Under the pieces are notes generated by a model, which saw only the letters and a list, made by a program, of their open reading frames with translations, ran no database searches and had not been told where the DNA came from. From positions 55,751,096-55,815,095 of the forward strand of contig NC_057718.1 in NCBI RefSeq assembly GCF_004010195.1: DNA of 64,000 bases, given 5' to 3'. Position numbers and translations under genes: made by a program. This document shows positions 1-13,048 of the stretch, piece by piece. The stretch is from Chiloscyllium plagiosum (taxonomy: Eukaryota). Every line of letters begins with the position of its first letter. Positions within the stretch are counted from its first letter, which is position 1.

Positions 1-170
1 CCTCCCTACCTATTATCTTAGCCTGCTTGGCACACCCTCCTCATTCCTGAAGAAGGGTTTATGCCAAAAACGTCGATTCTCCTGCTTCTTGGATGCTGCC
101 TGACCTGCTGTGCTTTTCCAGCAACACATTTTTCAGCTCTGATCTCCAGCATCTGCAATCCTCACTTTCT
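1..170 (+). mobile_element. Penelope-like element 3' end, cut by the window start, with a degenerate hammerhead motif at 47-76
   Basis: Same sequence as 62474-62614; CTGAAGA-AGGGTTTATGCC-AAAAACGTC. Confidence 0.8.
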
Positions 171-174
171 CATG

Positions 175-1240
175 AACTGATTTTAGCCTCAACTTTAAAT
201 TCCAATATATCCTTGATAATCTTTCACCCCTTTGGTAATCCAGAATATTTCTATCTCTGCCTTAAAATTATTAAAAAATTCTGCATCCACTGCCTTTGAG
301 GAAAAAAATTCTCAAGACTCTCAACCCTTTGAGCGAATATTTTTTTCCTCGTATCTGTCTTAAATGGGCAACCTCTTGTTTTTAAACTGTGGCTTTTAGT
401 TTTAGATTTTCCCATGAGAAAATATTCATTTCACATTCATCTCGTCAAATCATCAGGATTTTACGTTTCAATTAAGTCACCTCTGACTCTTCTAACCTTC
501 AAAAGATAGAGGCATAGCCTGTTTAGCCTTTCATTATAAGGCACTCCACTTATTCTAGATATAAATCTAGGTAAGTCCTCTCTGAACTGCTTCCAATGCA
601 TTGACATCCTTCCTGAAGTAACATGACCAGTATTATATGCAGTACTTCAGATGTGGTCTGTGTATAATGAAGCATAACCTCTCCACTCTTGAATTCAGTG
701 ATCCTCACAATAAAATAACATAGCCTTTATTTAGCTTCACTGATTACTTGCTGTACCTGTAGACTAACCTTCTGCAATTCATGCACTAGGACAATCAGAT
801 CTCTGTCTGCATTTTAGAGTTCTGCAATCTTTAAGCATTTAAATAATGTTGCTTTTTTATTTTTTCTCCCAAAATGGACAATTTTGCACTTTATTCTCCA
901 TTTCCCAGATCTTTGCCAACTCACTCAACCTATCTATATCCTTTTCTAGGCTCTTTATATCCTTGTCACAACTCACTTTCCTACTGATGTTTGTGTCATC
1001 AGCAAATTTAACTACCATATCTTCAGTCACTTCATCCAAATAATTTATATAGATTGTAAAAAGTTGATGCCCCCAGCACCAAGCCCTGCGGCACACCACT
1101 TGTGACATCCACCAACCTGAAAAGTACCCATTTATTCCTATCGTTTGTTTACTATCAGCCAGTCAATCTCCTATCTATGCCAAATTGTTACCCCCAAATC
1201 TATGAATTTTTACTTTCTACAAAAACCTTTGTGGTACCTT
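175..1240 (-). mobile_element. Old CR1 LINE fragment (RT to 3' end)
   Basis: ORF 857..1108 contains LFTIYINYLD...KFADDT. Confidence 0.85.
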
Positions 1241-1469
1241 AAAATGCAGCCATGTTTCTGTAATGGTGGCTAGATCACACCATGAATCTTTATTTGGGAC
1301 TTTAGTTGATCTACTTCTTCTGATCTTCACATACATTCAAGTAGAGAGACCTTAAACTTCTTCTTGACATCATTCTGCTCTCAGAAGATACTTGACATTC
1401 AGCTTTGTTACTAGAGTTTTATAATCTCCCTAACATCTATTTGACTTCCTGTAACTAACTTTACTGCCT

Positions 1470-1660
1470 TCCAATTTGTTTTGTCCCTCTGGTTCCAACT
1501 CCTAACAAACTAGTTGAAAATCAGCCTAACATCACGAGAAAATCTTCCTGCAAAAATATTAGTCCCACTCCCATTGAGGTGTAACATGTCCAGCTTGTAT
1601 AAGTTCTCCATATTCAAGAATTGGTCCCAATTTTTCAAAAATCTGATGACTTTCTCCACC
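1470..1660 (-). mobile_element. CR1 ORF1 esterase-like relic
   Basis: Reverse strand reads LYKLDMLHLNGSGTNIFAGRF, resembling the SGNH DGLHLN motif of CR1 ORF1. Confidence 0.6.
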
Positions 1661-2189
1661 AGTTTCCAGCTAACTATTAGATCAATCAATTCTCCTGGTT
1701 AACTAAATTTTAAAAATTTCCTTTAAAGACTACTGGTTTTGGCCTGATTATGTCATTTTTGCTCTCTAATTAAACTTGAAAAAAGGTTTACTGTTTGAAT
1801 GTCCACTTTGACACAAATTCCAGTTATGGCACTGTGTCTCTGTCTCACTCAGGTGAAATCTCCCTCACTCTGACCATGTGGCTCACAGTCAACAAAAAAG
1901 AAAAGTTTGTGAGGGCATATTGGTAGTGCAGGTGACAGTGAGTTATAAATAGAATCTCACAAATGTGCATGTATTGCTTCTTTCCATCTTCACCTGTCTA
2001 ATCTAAATAAGAGTTAAGCTGCAGATGCTATCCATCTTTAATGCCTAGAACCCTACAGTGTTACACTTTTTACCAACATCCAGCGTGGCATAGCATCTTA
2101 TCGTGAATGCGGAGCACCACATGTGGTAAAGTCTTCAAACACTTATAATGTTATCTTTCACTGACCAACAGAAAAAGTGAAGAAGATTC

Positions 2190-2725
2190 AAGCAAAAAGG
2201 TTGCATCTGTTCCTGGGAATAAATAGGGCTGCCTGTATTTCAAACAATATTAATTTACAGTTATTCATTATGGCCTTGAAGGGAGTCCAGAGGAGGATAA
2301 CAAGAACGATCGCTGGGTTGAAGGGCCTGTCATATGAGGAGTAGGTGAAGATTCTAGCTGTGTACTCAATGGAGATTAAAAGGTTAGGGGAGGGGGTCGG
2401 GGGAGGGTAGGACGTGGGGGACGTCATTGAAACTTACATGATACTTGAGGCCTGGATAGAGTGAATGTGGAGAAGATGTTTCCACTATTTGGAGAGGCGA
2501 GGTCCTGAGAGCTTAGCCTCAGAGTGAAGGTATAACCCTTTAAAACTGAGAATTTATTCAACTAGAGGATAGAATGCTGTGGAGTCCTGGTCAATGTGTG
2601 TATTTAGGACCGAGATAGATAGGTTCCTGATTAGCAAAGGAGATTGGAATCATATCAGCCATGTTTGAATGGTGGAACAGACTTAATGGGCTACATGGCC
2701 TAATTCTGCTTCTATATCTTATGAC
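2190..2725 (+). mobile_element. CR1 3' fragment
   Basis: GLKGLSYEE-type coding relic and a ggcctaattctgcttctatatcttatg tail. Confidence 0.8.
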
Positions 2726-2834
2726 CAACATTGTACACAAAAGCGTGTTGTCAAACACTTACAATACAAGATGAGACAATATCAGTTCTGCATCCTGGTG
2801 CAATCGATCTGACCTTGGATTGTCCTTGTGAATT

Positions 2835-4205
2835 ATAGACAATAGGTGCAGGAGTAGGCCATTCTGCCCTTCGAGCCTGCACCACCATTCAATATGATCA
2901 TGGCTGATCATCTTTAATCAGTATCCTGTTCCTGCCTTATCGCCATAACCCTTGATTCCACTATCCTTGAGAGGTCTATCCAACTCTTTCTTAAATGAAT
3001 CCAGAGACTGGGCCTCCACTTCCCTCTGGGGCAGAGCATTCCACACAGCCACCACTCTCTGGGTGAAGAAGTTTCTCCTCATCTCTGTCCTAAATGGTCT
3101 ACCCCGTATTTTTAAGCTGTGTCCTCAGGTTCGGTACTCACCCATCAGCGGAAACATGTTTCCTGCCTCCAGAGTATCCAATCCTTTAATAATCTTATAT
3201 GTCTCAATCAGGTCCCCTCTCAGTCTTCTAAACTCAAGGGTACACAAGCCCAGTCGCTCCAGTCTTTCAGCATAAGGTAGTCCCGCCATTCCAGGAATTG
3301 ACCTCGTGAACCTACGCTGCATTCCCTCAATAGCCAGAATGTCTCACCTCAAATTTGGAGACCAGAACTGCACACAGTACTCCAGGTGTGGTCTCACCAG
3401 GGCCCTGTACAGCTGCAGAAGGACCTCTTTGCTTCTATACTCAATCCCTCTTGTTATGAAGGCCAGCATGCTATTAGCCTTCTTCACTACCTGCATGCTT
3501 ACCTTCATTGACTAGTGTACAAGAACACCCAGATCTCTCTGTACTGCCCCTTTACCTAAATTGATTCCACTTAGGTGGTAATCTGCCTTCCTGTTCTTGC
3601 CACCAAAGTGGATAAGGATCCATTTATCCACGTGAAAGTGCATCTGCCATGCATCTGAGCACTCACCTAACTTGTCCAGGTCACCCTGTAATCTCCTAAG
3701 ACCCTCATCACATTTCACCCTGCCACCCAGCTGATGAAATTTGCGAATGTTATTGCTAATACCATCTTGTATATCCTGAAGATAGATTGTAAAAAGCTGC
3801 GGTCCCAGTACTGATCCGTGCGGTACCCCACTGGTCAGTGCCCGGCATTCCGAAATGGAGGGGTGGAGGAGTGTGGAAGGATGAGAGAATGCAGGCTGCG
3901 GCCCTATGAAGCAGGGGGAGGGCTTGCAGTTGGCCTGTGTGGGGATGTGGGAGACTACAGGAGCCTGGTGGGCAAGGGCTGGCTGAAAGGCAGCTGGAGG
4001 GACGGAGGGAGGGTCTATCGAACTCTGGAAAATAATCACCAACGCATCCATGATTTCTCGAGCCACCTCCTTCAGTACCCTGGGATGTAGACCATCAGGC
4101 CCCGGGGACTTATCAACCTTCAGACCTAACAGTCTCTCCAACACCAATTCCTGGCAAATATAAATTCCCTTAAGTACAGGTCTTTCAGCCACTGTTACCT
4201 CAGGG
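2835..4205 (-). mobile_element. CR1 LINE, 5' truncated, with a foreign segment at about 3861-4013
   Basis: ORFs 3512..4192 (KSPGPDGLHPRVLKE...GVPHGSVLGPQLF) and 3125..3322. Confidence 0.9.
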
Positions 4206-4351
4206 AGATTTGTGGTCCACAGGTGACATTTGTAAGGTGTTCTACTTCAAATTGAACACTGGTCTATTTGAAATGACCTCTAACATGGTCAAGATTGCTT
4301 GTGGACAGGATTTTTTCCCAACATTGTTAGTCACTACATGCATTTCATACA

Positions 4352-4665
4352 GGGCGGCACAGTGGCTCAGTGGTTAGCACTGCTGCCTCACAGCACCAGG
4401 GTCCCAGGTTCGATTCCAGCCTCAGGTGATTGTCTGTGTGGAGTTTGCACATTCTCCCTGTGTCTGCGTGGGTTTCCTCCAGGAGCTCCGGTTTCCTCCC
4501 ACAGTACAAAGATGTGCAGGTCAGGTGAATTGGCCATGTTAAATTGCCCCATAGTGTTATGTCAATTAGTCAGAGGGAAATGGGTCTGGGTGGGTTACTC
4601 TTCGGAGGGTCGGTGTGGACTGGTTGGGCTGAAGGGCCTGTTTCCATGCTGTAAGGAATCTAATA
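4352..4665 (+). mobile_element. HE1-type V-SINE (tRNA-derived, CR1 tail)
   Basis: A box tggctcagtgg, B box ggttcgattcc, V-domain gggtttcctcc...ggtttcctcccaca, tail gaagggcctgtttccatgctgta shared with CR1 3' ends. Confidence 0.92.
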
Positions 4666-6894
4666 TGCTATAATTACAGATATTTTAAAACTGTATTGTG
4701 CAAGTGCCTGACTAATGGAATTGCTCCTTGAAAGGCCTCACATGGCTCACATCTGGAGCCACATTTTCAGACGGAAAAAACACTTAATCCAACTAATCCA
4801 GGTGTGTGGCAGTCATTTTTCATTTCCTTTGCGCATTCACGATTCTGATGAGGATGTGTTGCCCTTCACAGAGTTCATCATGGACTTAACCTATTAATCA
4901 AGATGACCCTCACTCACCGCCCAAACCTTAATGTTTCTTTCTAGCTTGCACTCCCTGTTGACTTGATCGGCTGTAAACTTCTACACATTCCCATCAATGT
5001 TTTCACTTAAGTCTTATCTGCAAATATTATCCCCTGAGGCCTTGGTCTATTGCTTAACTATGCTAACTGTTATGATGTAGTGTCCCCTCCAACCAGTCAG
5101 AGTCACAGTGGTGATGACCATTGATGGCTCAGCTTCTCCCAACTCCCCCAATGCACTATCATCTCCCACCCTTTATTAAAGTTGCCTCCAGCACAATTAT
5201 TGTACCCTCTGCAATCTCAGCATGTTGCCTCTAATCCCACAATTGATTTACTAATTTGCCCACTATGCCAGTTGTCCATGATAATTCCCCCTTGACATTC
5301 AGTGAACAGACCTCCAGGACTGACGGTGGATCTGACCGACTTAAAATGACAACCCAATTGATAAGTGGTCAGACCCTAACCTGATCTCTGTGCAGCTCTC
5401 TGACAAATTTACCAACAATTTCTGGATTTGTTACACTGGGTCTGCAGGACTGACCATAGCCCAATGTAATGATGTGGAACCATTGATCACTCATGCAACT
5501 GACTAACTGAGTTCAAGCTCTGACTGAGACTCAACAATCTCCTTGACTGACTGTGACAGGACCCCTTGACTGACAATAGTCCCCATTGACTTGACTGAGG
5601 ATTTGTCCCCTTATACTTTCAAATTTGGACATTTTGTTGAAACACATTCAGTGTGTTTGGCACATTTTTTAGGTGTGACATTGACATTTCACAGTGCTGT
5701 ACAGCAAAATGTTTACTCCTTTGGCTGATCACTGCTGGCAAACATATCTGGCATCGCTCTGAAAGGCACAGCAGACATAAGTATGTGAAGCTGTGAGTCC
5801 TGAATGAGGTAGAAGTATGCAAAAAGGCATGGCAAGGTAATGATAGAGTGAGCATCCATAAGTTGCAAAGTAGGTCAGTGCTGAGATAATAAGCCAATAG
5901 CCTTGACGTGCAATAACCTGTTCTGATGTGTGAAATATGTGGTTGTACCTCTGTGTAAAGTGGCCTCACGCAGTATTGTAATGAAAGGTGATAGTGTGCT
6001 CCAAGGTGCAGTATTGACATGATGATCTGTGTTATAAGTGAGATGGAAATGTACTATGCTGATGTAGTAAGACTGCTTCCTCGGTTGAAGGATGCAGATG
6101 CTTTCTGCCTATGCAGCATACCCTGAAGTGGTAGGGTCTGCTGGCCAAGATAGAGGCCTAGACAATCAAGCATTAAACTGGAGCTGCCAGGACTTCACTC
6201 AGAGTCTCATATTGAGAATTGTCTCTGACTACCACCACCTGGTAAAATAGCAAACTATATATAAATGAAGCTAAATTAGGCAATGATAATGTGTCAGTGT
6301 AAGCAATTGGGTTCCTCCCTGCTCGGTAGTGAGATTCTCAACTCACCAGTAAAACTTTGGGAAGAAAATCAGACCTTTTCTCTCAATGTTCAGAATCTCA
6401 TTTTTATGATTTTCCCAATTAACAAGCTGACTTCCCAGTTGAACGAATTGTTTCGGAACTGGGAAGATTTCTCACAAATCCAGATGATGTTGGTAGGTAA
6501 CCTTAAACACAAAGCTTCTTCCAAAGCTCAGTCAAGTTTGTCTAGCAATTAAGACCATAAAAATAATATGCTATCTTTATTTTAAATGTTTTTTCAAAAA
6601 TATTTTTTCAATCAACCTGTTCATAGATGCTGTTATTGTATAAATCTCTAGAGCAGGTGGAAATTGATCCAGAGGTAGCTACCACAGCATCACAAACATC
6701 ACTTTGGCCTGCATTCTGCACAAAGTCAGTTGACTTTTATAAACATGTTGAGTTGCAACAATCATATAATAAATCTCTCTACAAGCCAGTGATATCTGAA
6801 TCTTCCATTTTCTGATTTTCATAATCCATGAATATGTGATTCTAACAAAATAAGAAAGATTTCCCACCCTGACAAATTGCAGAAATCTGTGACC

Positions 6895-7041
6895 TGGCAG
6901 GATCTGGGTATCTGAGTCCGTGATTCCAAAAGGTTAACATGAAGATACAGCAACTAATTAGGAAAGTAACTCAAATATTAACATTTATTGCAAGGCAAAT
7001 ATAAAAATTGAAAGTTTATGCTTCAGCTATACAGGGCATGT
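6895..7041 (+). mobile_element. CR1 fragment interrupted by the ERV LTR
   Basis: Similar to the CR1 at 52885-53030; ends abruptly at the LTR terminus. Confidence 0.65.
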
Positions 7042-7708
7042 TGTGGAGAAAATATAGAGAATCACCAGGAGACGCAGAGAGTTCTTCAAGAAGTAGGTCT
7101 TTTATTTGCAAACAAAAAAACTGTGACACAGAAAACAGATTCTCGAATGCCCACAAACCTCAGGGTTCGTGGATTTTTATATTTTTTAATCATGTTTCTG
7201 TTAGCTTATCAGCATGTCCAACTATATTAATCAAAGTACCTCACTCTAGCTACACAATAAACCAGTGATGTTAGTTCCCATTATCTCTTTAGTTGTACAT
7301 TCTACTTAATGTTATTCTAATGTCATGGTTAGATATTTATTGCTAACTCTGCTACAATGATCTTCTATTCCAGACTAACCTGTCATGATAGATATTTAGC
7401 TATTCCATCTATTACAATAGCCTCCTGTCTCAAGCTGACTCTACTAACTATTAATTAGATATTTTAATGTCATGTCCCAAATATGTATTGTCCCAATCCT
7501 GTCATAATAACACCTAACAGAGAAACTTGCTTTATTACTTGTGTTATCTCATCTCACCATAGTGACCTTTCAGCCTTAACCTTACTCTGCTAATTGGTGT
7601 AAGAGCATTCCACTATTCTTATCCCATCCTGCCTTCCACAGATCACAGATTGCCAGTGGTCTTTGTGCTTTAACCCTTTCCATGCTTTCATGTTCTTTAT
7701 TTTCCATA
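7042..7708 (-). mobile_element. ERV 3' LTR (about 667 bp)
   Basis: Imperfect terminal inverted repeats tatggaaaata / ttttctccaca; polypurine tract aaaggggaaaa at 7709-7719; TATA-like box near 7180 and AATAAA near 7100-7105 on the minus strand; roughly 60-bp tandem repeats in U3 (7321, 7381, 7456). Confidence 0.75.
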
Positions 7709-7919
7709 TTTTCCCCTTTGAGACTTATTTGTCTCGCCTAGAGAAAGAAGACAATAAGCTCAGCCTCTCTTGTGCCCAATACAAACAATATAGGTCCCAA
7801 CACGGATTAAATAATATTTGGAGTCTGAGACTTAAAGGGTTCTTCCTCCATTCCTGGGGTCCCTTGGGTCAAAAACCTGTCCTCCAATAACCAGAACAGG
7901 AAAGAAATCCCAAGATCCC

Positions 7920-8775
7920 TCACAATCTAGGACCTGTGCTTTCTTCAGAAGTATCATCGACGTCCCCACATGGACATGTTCCTTGCACCGTGGCGGTTGT
8001 TAGATCATAATAGTAGAGCGGTGGGGTTCTGTCAGAGGAGTAAGTACTTCCTGGGGTAGTTGAAATGACCACAAATTGCCGTGTAGTGACGCGAACTAAA
8101 AAGGACTTAATAAAAGGTAAAGCACAACAAAAGACGAAGGTGACAACAAGCAAAACCGCACCTACAATGTGACCAATCTTGACAAACCATGCTCCTCAAG
8201 ACCCTAATATATTATTCAGCCAATCAAAAGCCTGATGACAAACCCCACATTGTCTTTTAGCTTGTGTCTTAGATTCTTTAGTTTTTCCATTGCTTTAGTA
8301 AAAGATCTCCCAGGGCTAGTGTTGTTAGGTATAAAGATACAGCAATGCTCCCCAAACATCACACAAACCCCACCTTTTCTGCCAGTATCCAATCTAAGGC
8401 CTGTCTGTTTTGCCATGTCATTTCAGTAGTAACATCCAATTGTTCTCCCAAGGCCACAAGGGCATTGTCAGTATAATTGATAAATCTCTGTTGGTTGTAA
8501 TAAATGTAATTAATCCATTCAGCATTCTTACTAACCCCTATCACTGGGATGACAGCCTCCCAGCCTGAGGCAATCTCATTGTGGGCCCTCATTAGGAATA
8601 CCTCTTGGCTGTCCTATGTTATCAATCTGAATCGTCGGATCAGGGACATACCGTCGCTTAGTTCGGCGCAAAGCTGACTGTGACATAGCATCAAGCTGCG
8701 TGAATGGCGATATAACTACCTCATGTAGGAATATTATACGGGCATAGCTGCCACTCCAGTCAGCAGGCAGCAACA
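7920..8775 (-). pseudogene. env: Frameshifted retroviral env (end of SU plus TM), gamma/epsilon-type fish ERV
   Basis: ORFs 8576..8773, 8359..8592, 8216..8416, 7920..8153: furin-type site RRTKR, IDNIGQPRGIP, WINYIYYNQQRF, immunosuppressive domain QNRQALDWILAEKGG, CX6CC (CVMFGEHCC), hydrophobic TM. Confidence 0.9.
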
Positions 8776-10378
8776 GACAAATTAAAGAGAGACCATTGTT
8801 CGAAGTCTCATTTAATTTGTACTAGTATCGATTCCTGTACAAATTGCCTATTGTATCTGCCGCGTGAACACCAAGATAAACAAAACCAGATCTGTCAATT
8901 TTAAATGGTAAGTTATCTAGTGGGTATTTCCTGGCAGGCTTATTGATAGCAGATATCTCACTTTTGCTAAAATTCAGTTTATCTCCCGAAAGATTTTTAA
9001 ACTGAAAGTGCATTGGGAACGGAGAGAGATATGTTGATACAAGTAGCAAAAGATCATCTGCATAGAGCAACCTTCAACTCCACACCATTTTTAATAATGC
9101 CAGAGAACGAAGGGTCTGTTTCCATGCTGTATGTCTCTATGACTTTATGACTCTGAAATCACGATGAGTCCGTAGAGCAATAGACAGATGTTCAATTACA
9201 ATGGCAAACAGCAGTGGACTCAAAGGGCAACCTTGTCTAATGGAATGATAAAGGTGGAAATAATCAGAATTCATGTTATTGGTCTTAACAGAGGCCAGTG
9301 GTGATGCATAGAGTAGTTTGATCCAAGAAATAATTTTTTCCCCAAAGCCAAATTTCTCCATAGTAAAAAGAAGAAAATTCCATTCCACTCTGTCAAAGGC
9401 TTTTTCATCATCTAAAGATATCAAAACCTCAGGAAGAGTGGATGGGGAAGAAATGTAAACAATGTTAAATACCCGATTAAAAAAGGGTGCCTGTTGCGAA
9501 TAAATCCAGTTTGATCCAAGGATATGATAGATGGATGGATGGTTTCCAAATGTTGGGCCAATAACTTTAACAATAATTTTAAATCGACATTTAGCAGAAT
9601 TATCGGACGACATGAACCACACAATAAGGGATCTTTGTCTTTCTTTGAAAGCAAATAAATTAATGCCTGAGTTAACGTTTGAGGAAGAAAGCCAGCATTA
9701 AATGCTTCAACAAACACATCTACCAAAAGCAGAGACAGCTTTTTCCAAAATGTTTTATAAACCACGGCTGGAAAACATTGGCTCCAGGACTTTTACCGCT
9801 TTGTAGTGATCTAGCTACAGCCTCAAGTTCTATTGCTGCAATTGGTTGTTGTTAATCTTATCAAAAAAGGTATCAAAAGCAGAAGAACATCCAGATGAAT
9901 AACGTGAAATATAAAATTCCTTAAAAGTCTTGTTGATTTCTAATGGGTCTGACATGACACTTGAATTAGCCTTAATTTGTGGGATTAATTGAGATGAGGA
10001 CATTTGGTGCAACTGATGTGCCAACAATTTACTAGTTCTATGTCCTTGTTCATAAAATTTAGACCTAGAGTGAAGTAAAAGCGCGGTGGTGTATTGTGAC
10101 ATTACAACATCATACGCAGCCTGTAGGGATATGCATTGTTTATATACTTCTGAAGATTTAGAGATTGCATAAAGAGAGTCTAATTGAGACAGACCCCATT
10201 GTGCTAACCAGGCCAATTTCTCTTTCCTAAGTCTATTCTTATGTACACCATAAGAAATTATTTCATCCCTGATAATGCCTTCCCACAGCAAGGAAGCTGT
10301 AACATCTTGGATTTTGTTAATTTTTTTAAAAGTCTATCTGCTGAGAGACAACGTTAACAAAATCCTCCATTAAGAGTA
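8776..10378 (-). mobile_element. L1-clade LINE ORF2 fragment (linker and RT), frameshifted
   Basis: LWE...IISY linker, RPIILLNVDLK, DQTGFI, SLDDEKAFDRVEW, IRQGCPLSPLLF, LYADD, FVYLGV in ORFs 9830..10291, 9421..9765, 9137..9622, 8822..9070. Confidence 0.9.
9106..9154 (+). mobile_element. Very short CR1 3' tail inserted in the L1
   Basis: cgaagggtctgtttccatgctgtatgtctctatgactttatgactct. Confidence 0.75.
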
Positions 10379-11078
10379 AATGTGTATTGAGTTACAAAGG
10401 TTGGGTTTCCTAATCTATGCTACAAATCCACCATTGCAGAAAGGGGCAGAGATATGTTACATCATTGCTAGTTTTTACATCTTTGATCTTTCACAGGCCA
10501 GTAGAGGATTGACAACTACTCTGTCTGGCCATAATTTCCTTTGGATTTCCCAAGACAATTTTCAAGACAAGTTAAATCAGAATCTGCTAACCGCATTAAA
10601 ATATACAAAATTTTCAACCTTCCTCCTGATGACAGGTTGACTGTTGCTCAAGTCTCTGGAGTGGTACCTAATCCACATCTTTCTGACTCAGAGTTGAGAA
10701 TACTCCTGCTGAGCCAAGACTAATGTATACACTTTGATCTTTAATAGGCCGACATCATTGGCAACAGGTCTCATTGGGAGTTTTATATAAATGGCCTACA
10801 AACAGGACTGTAAGGTGGCTGTGATATTTCAGGGCTTGGACAGGAAGATTTCCAAGTACCTTTCATGTTTCACAGCCTACAAAATCAGTTACAGCAAGCT
10901 TATGAAGTTTTAAAAATGGTGAGCCCTCATAAAACAGATAATAGCACGATCTCAGCATGAATATCGATTGCTATCACTTGAAATTTTAGCCTCCTAAAGT
11001 GCTTAATACTTCATATAAATTTATTTTGAAAAGTTTGTTATGTAGGGTGGAAATGTAACATGTTGTTTTAACTTTTAG

Positions 11079-11240
<162 letters not shown>

Positions 11241-12557
11241 TAACAAGTTTTGAAATGGTGTGACTGTTTGACATGCCACAGACAACCAACAAAATACAGC
11301 CAACCAGTGCATTGTTAAAATTTGTTCATGCGATCTGAGTTTGAGTGACAAGACAAGCATTTATTGCCCAATCTTAGTTGCCCTTAAGGAGATGATTGTG
11401 AGCCTGTGCAGTCAAACTGCAAATACCTTATCTGGGCCCTAAATCTTATTCAGATTAGGATTTCTCCCCATAATAGAGATAATTATCACATAACACCACT
11501 GTAGTCACTCATGAATTATAGATATTATCATAGATAGAGTACCTTCCACCACCCACAGTGATCTTAATCTCCACTGGAATTGTCCGATCTATTTCCTGCT
11601 AATCCTTTGGGTTTCAAAAGCTCTTTTTTTTTTCCCTTAGAGATAACCTTCAATCGCTACCTATATGCTCCAAAAAGATCCTTTTCTTTATAGTCATCAT
11701 TAGGCATTCCATGGATAGACATATGTGGGATTATTTTCTAATCTCCAGTACTAGTTGCAGCAGTGGGATTGGAATACTCTATAGAGTGGAATTCTGGAAT
11801 TATATTTTCTGCCCTATCAACTTCATATTGTAAAGACAGTGTCTTTTAATTTTTCTGTATTTTTGTTTGTGAACTGAAATAGGAAAACAGCTTTTTTTAA
11901 AAACCAAAGATTGTTGATGGATTATTGCAGTTTTAAAAGTAGATAACCTGAAACTCAATGTAAGCACCATTTACACAGCTGGTGATTCATTCAGAATTTG
12001 AAGTGTAGTTTGTGAATGATTTAGAGCCAAGGGTATCTACGAATGGAGACTCGTTTGCAACAAGTATCTGAATTATCTGTAGACTAGTGACCAATTATCA
12101 ATGTCAAAGGCCTTCTGCCTGCCAACAACTGTGTGATTTGTTCTCAGGTAGCTGAACAGCTTGAAACTATGAACAAGATAGTGAAAAGGCATCAAACCTC
12201 TAACATCTCAGGAGCTCTCTCTGTTCTCTGCAGTAAAAGTCACTTAAAGCCTGAAGAAAACCAGTTTTTCTTTCCTTCAGCAGTTGCTGTAAGCTGTGAC
12301 TTTCAATTAATAAGAGAACTTTAAGTATGACTAGCACACTATGCCTTTTGCAAATCAGTGAAGTCATGTGGGGAAGAAGTTTGAGAAGCAGTGTTCAGGT
12401 CAGCACAAGAACCATTTCAGCAAATCCTCTGAACAGAAAGCACTAAATTGCCTTTCCAGCTTTCCTCCTATACGTAACAATCATGTTTTGTGTGTGAGAG
12501 GTGGAATTTTATAAAGGGATTCGAGGGATCAGTATTTTTGTCCACTTTTGTCATTTA

Positions 12558-13048
12558 CCATACATACTGATATAAAAGTCAAATTTTTTAGAGTTTTTTA
12601 AGGTTATGGGGTCAGCTATTACATGGATACTACTTTTGAAGGGCTCAAATTCATGCAACAGTCCAAAGTACTGTATTATAAGCAGAAGCCCAATTTATTT
12701 CTAAACGAATAAAGAAAGAAACACAGCAAATTCCAGTATTCCATGAGTGCTACAGGGGAACTGAGCTCAGCTGAGCTGCACACAAAGGGAGGTTGTCACC
12801 CTACTCTGACCTGATGAGTCTTAAACTTTGGTGTGAATTGTGCATCAAAACACATAATAGCACAAAAAATTAATTTCCTCGTCATAACACTTGAGTATAG
12901 GGTAATACCTTGACTCACAAATGTTAATCTGTTATCTGTGAAGAACTAGGGTCAACTTTTACATGAGAGACATGGAAAATTCCAGAGTTTTTGGCCAAAA
13001 ATAGGGGATCAACTTTTACGAGATCCACTTTTACACGAGTGTCTACGG
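12558..13048. mobile_element. Tc1/mariner (pogo-like) non-autonomous element / MITE
   Basis: Imperfect TIRs ccatacatactgatataaaagt / acttttacacgagtgtctacgg, flanked by TA; subterminal caacttttac repeats. Confidence 0.75.

Noticed and set aside
93..299. Recurrent short ORFs such as MLPDLLCFSSNTF (also 46657 and 58150)
   Set aside because: Chance reading frames across the PLE terminal repeat, not a gene family.
4352..4425. tRNA gene
   Set aside because: The A/B boxes are a SINE head followed by V-domain and LINE tail; the same applies at 31480-31560, 38039, 48645 and 13830-13914.
6621..6815. ORF 6627..6815 after a tcatag, as a possible upstream EML6 exon
   Set aside because: The peptide does not resemble the acidic segment (SDLSDVPELDSDIEQE-like) I recall preceding VYKEDL; that exon appears to lie outside the window.
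7920..8775. Domesticated syncytin-like gene
   Set aside because: No signal peptide, most of SU absent, and several frameshifts.
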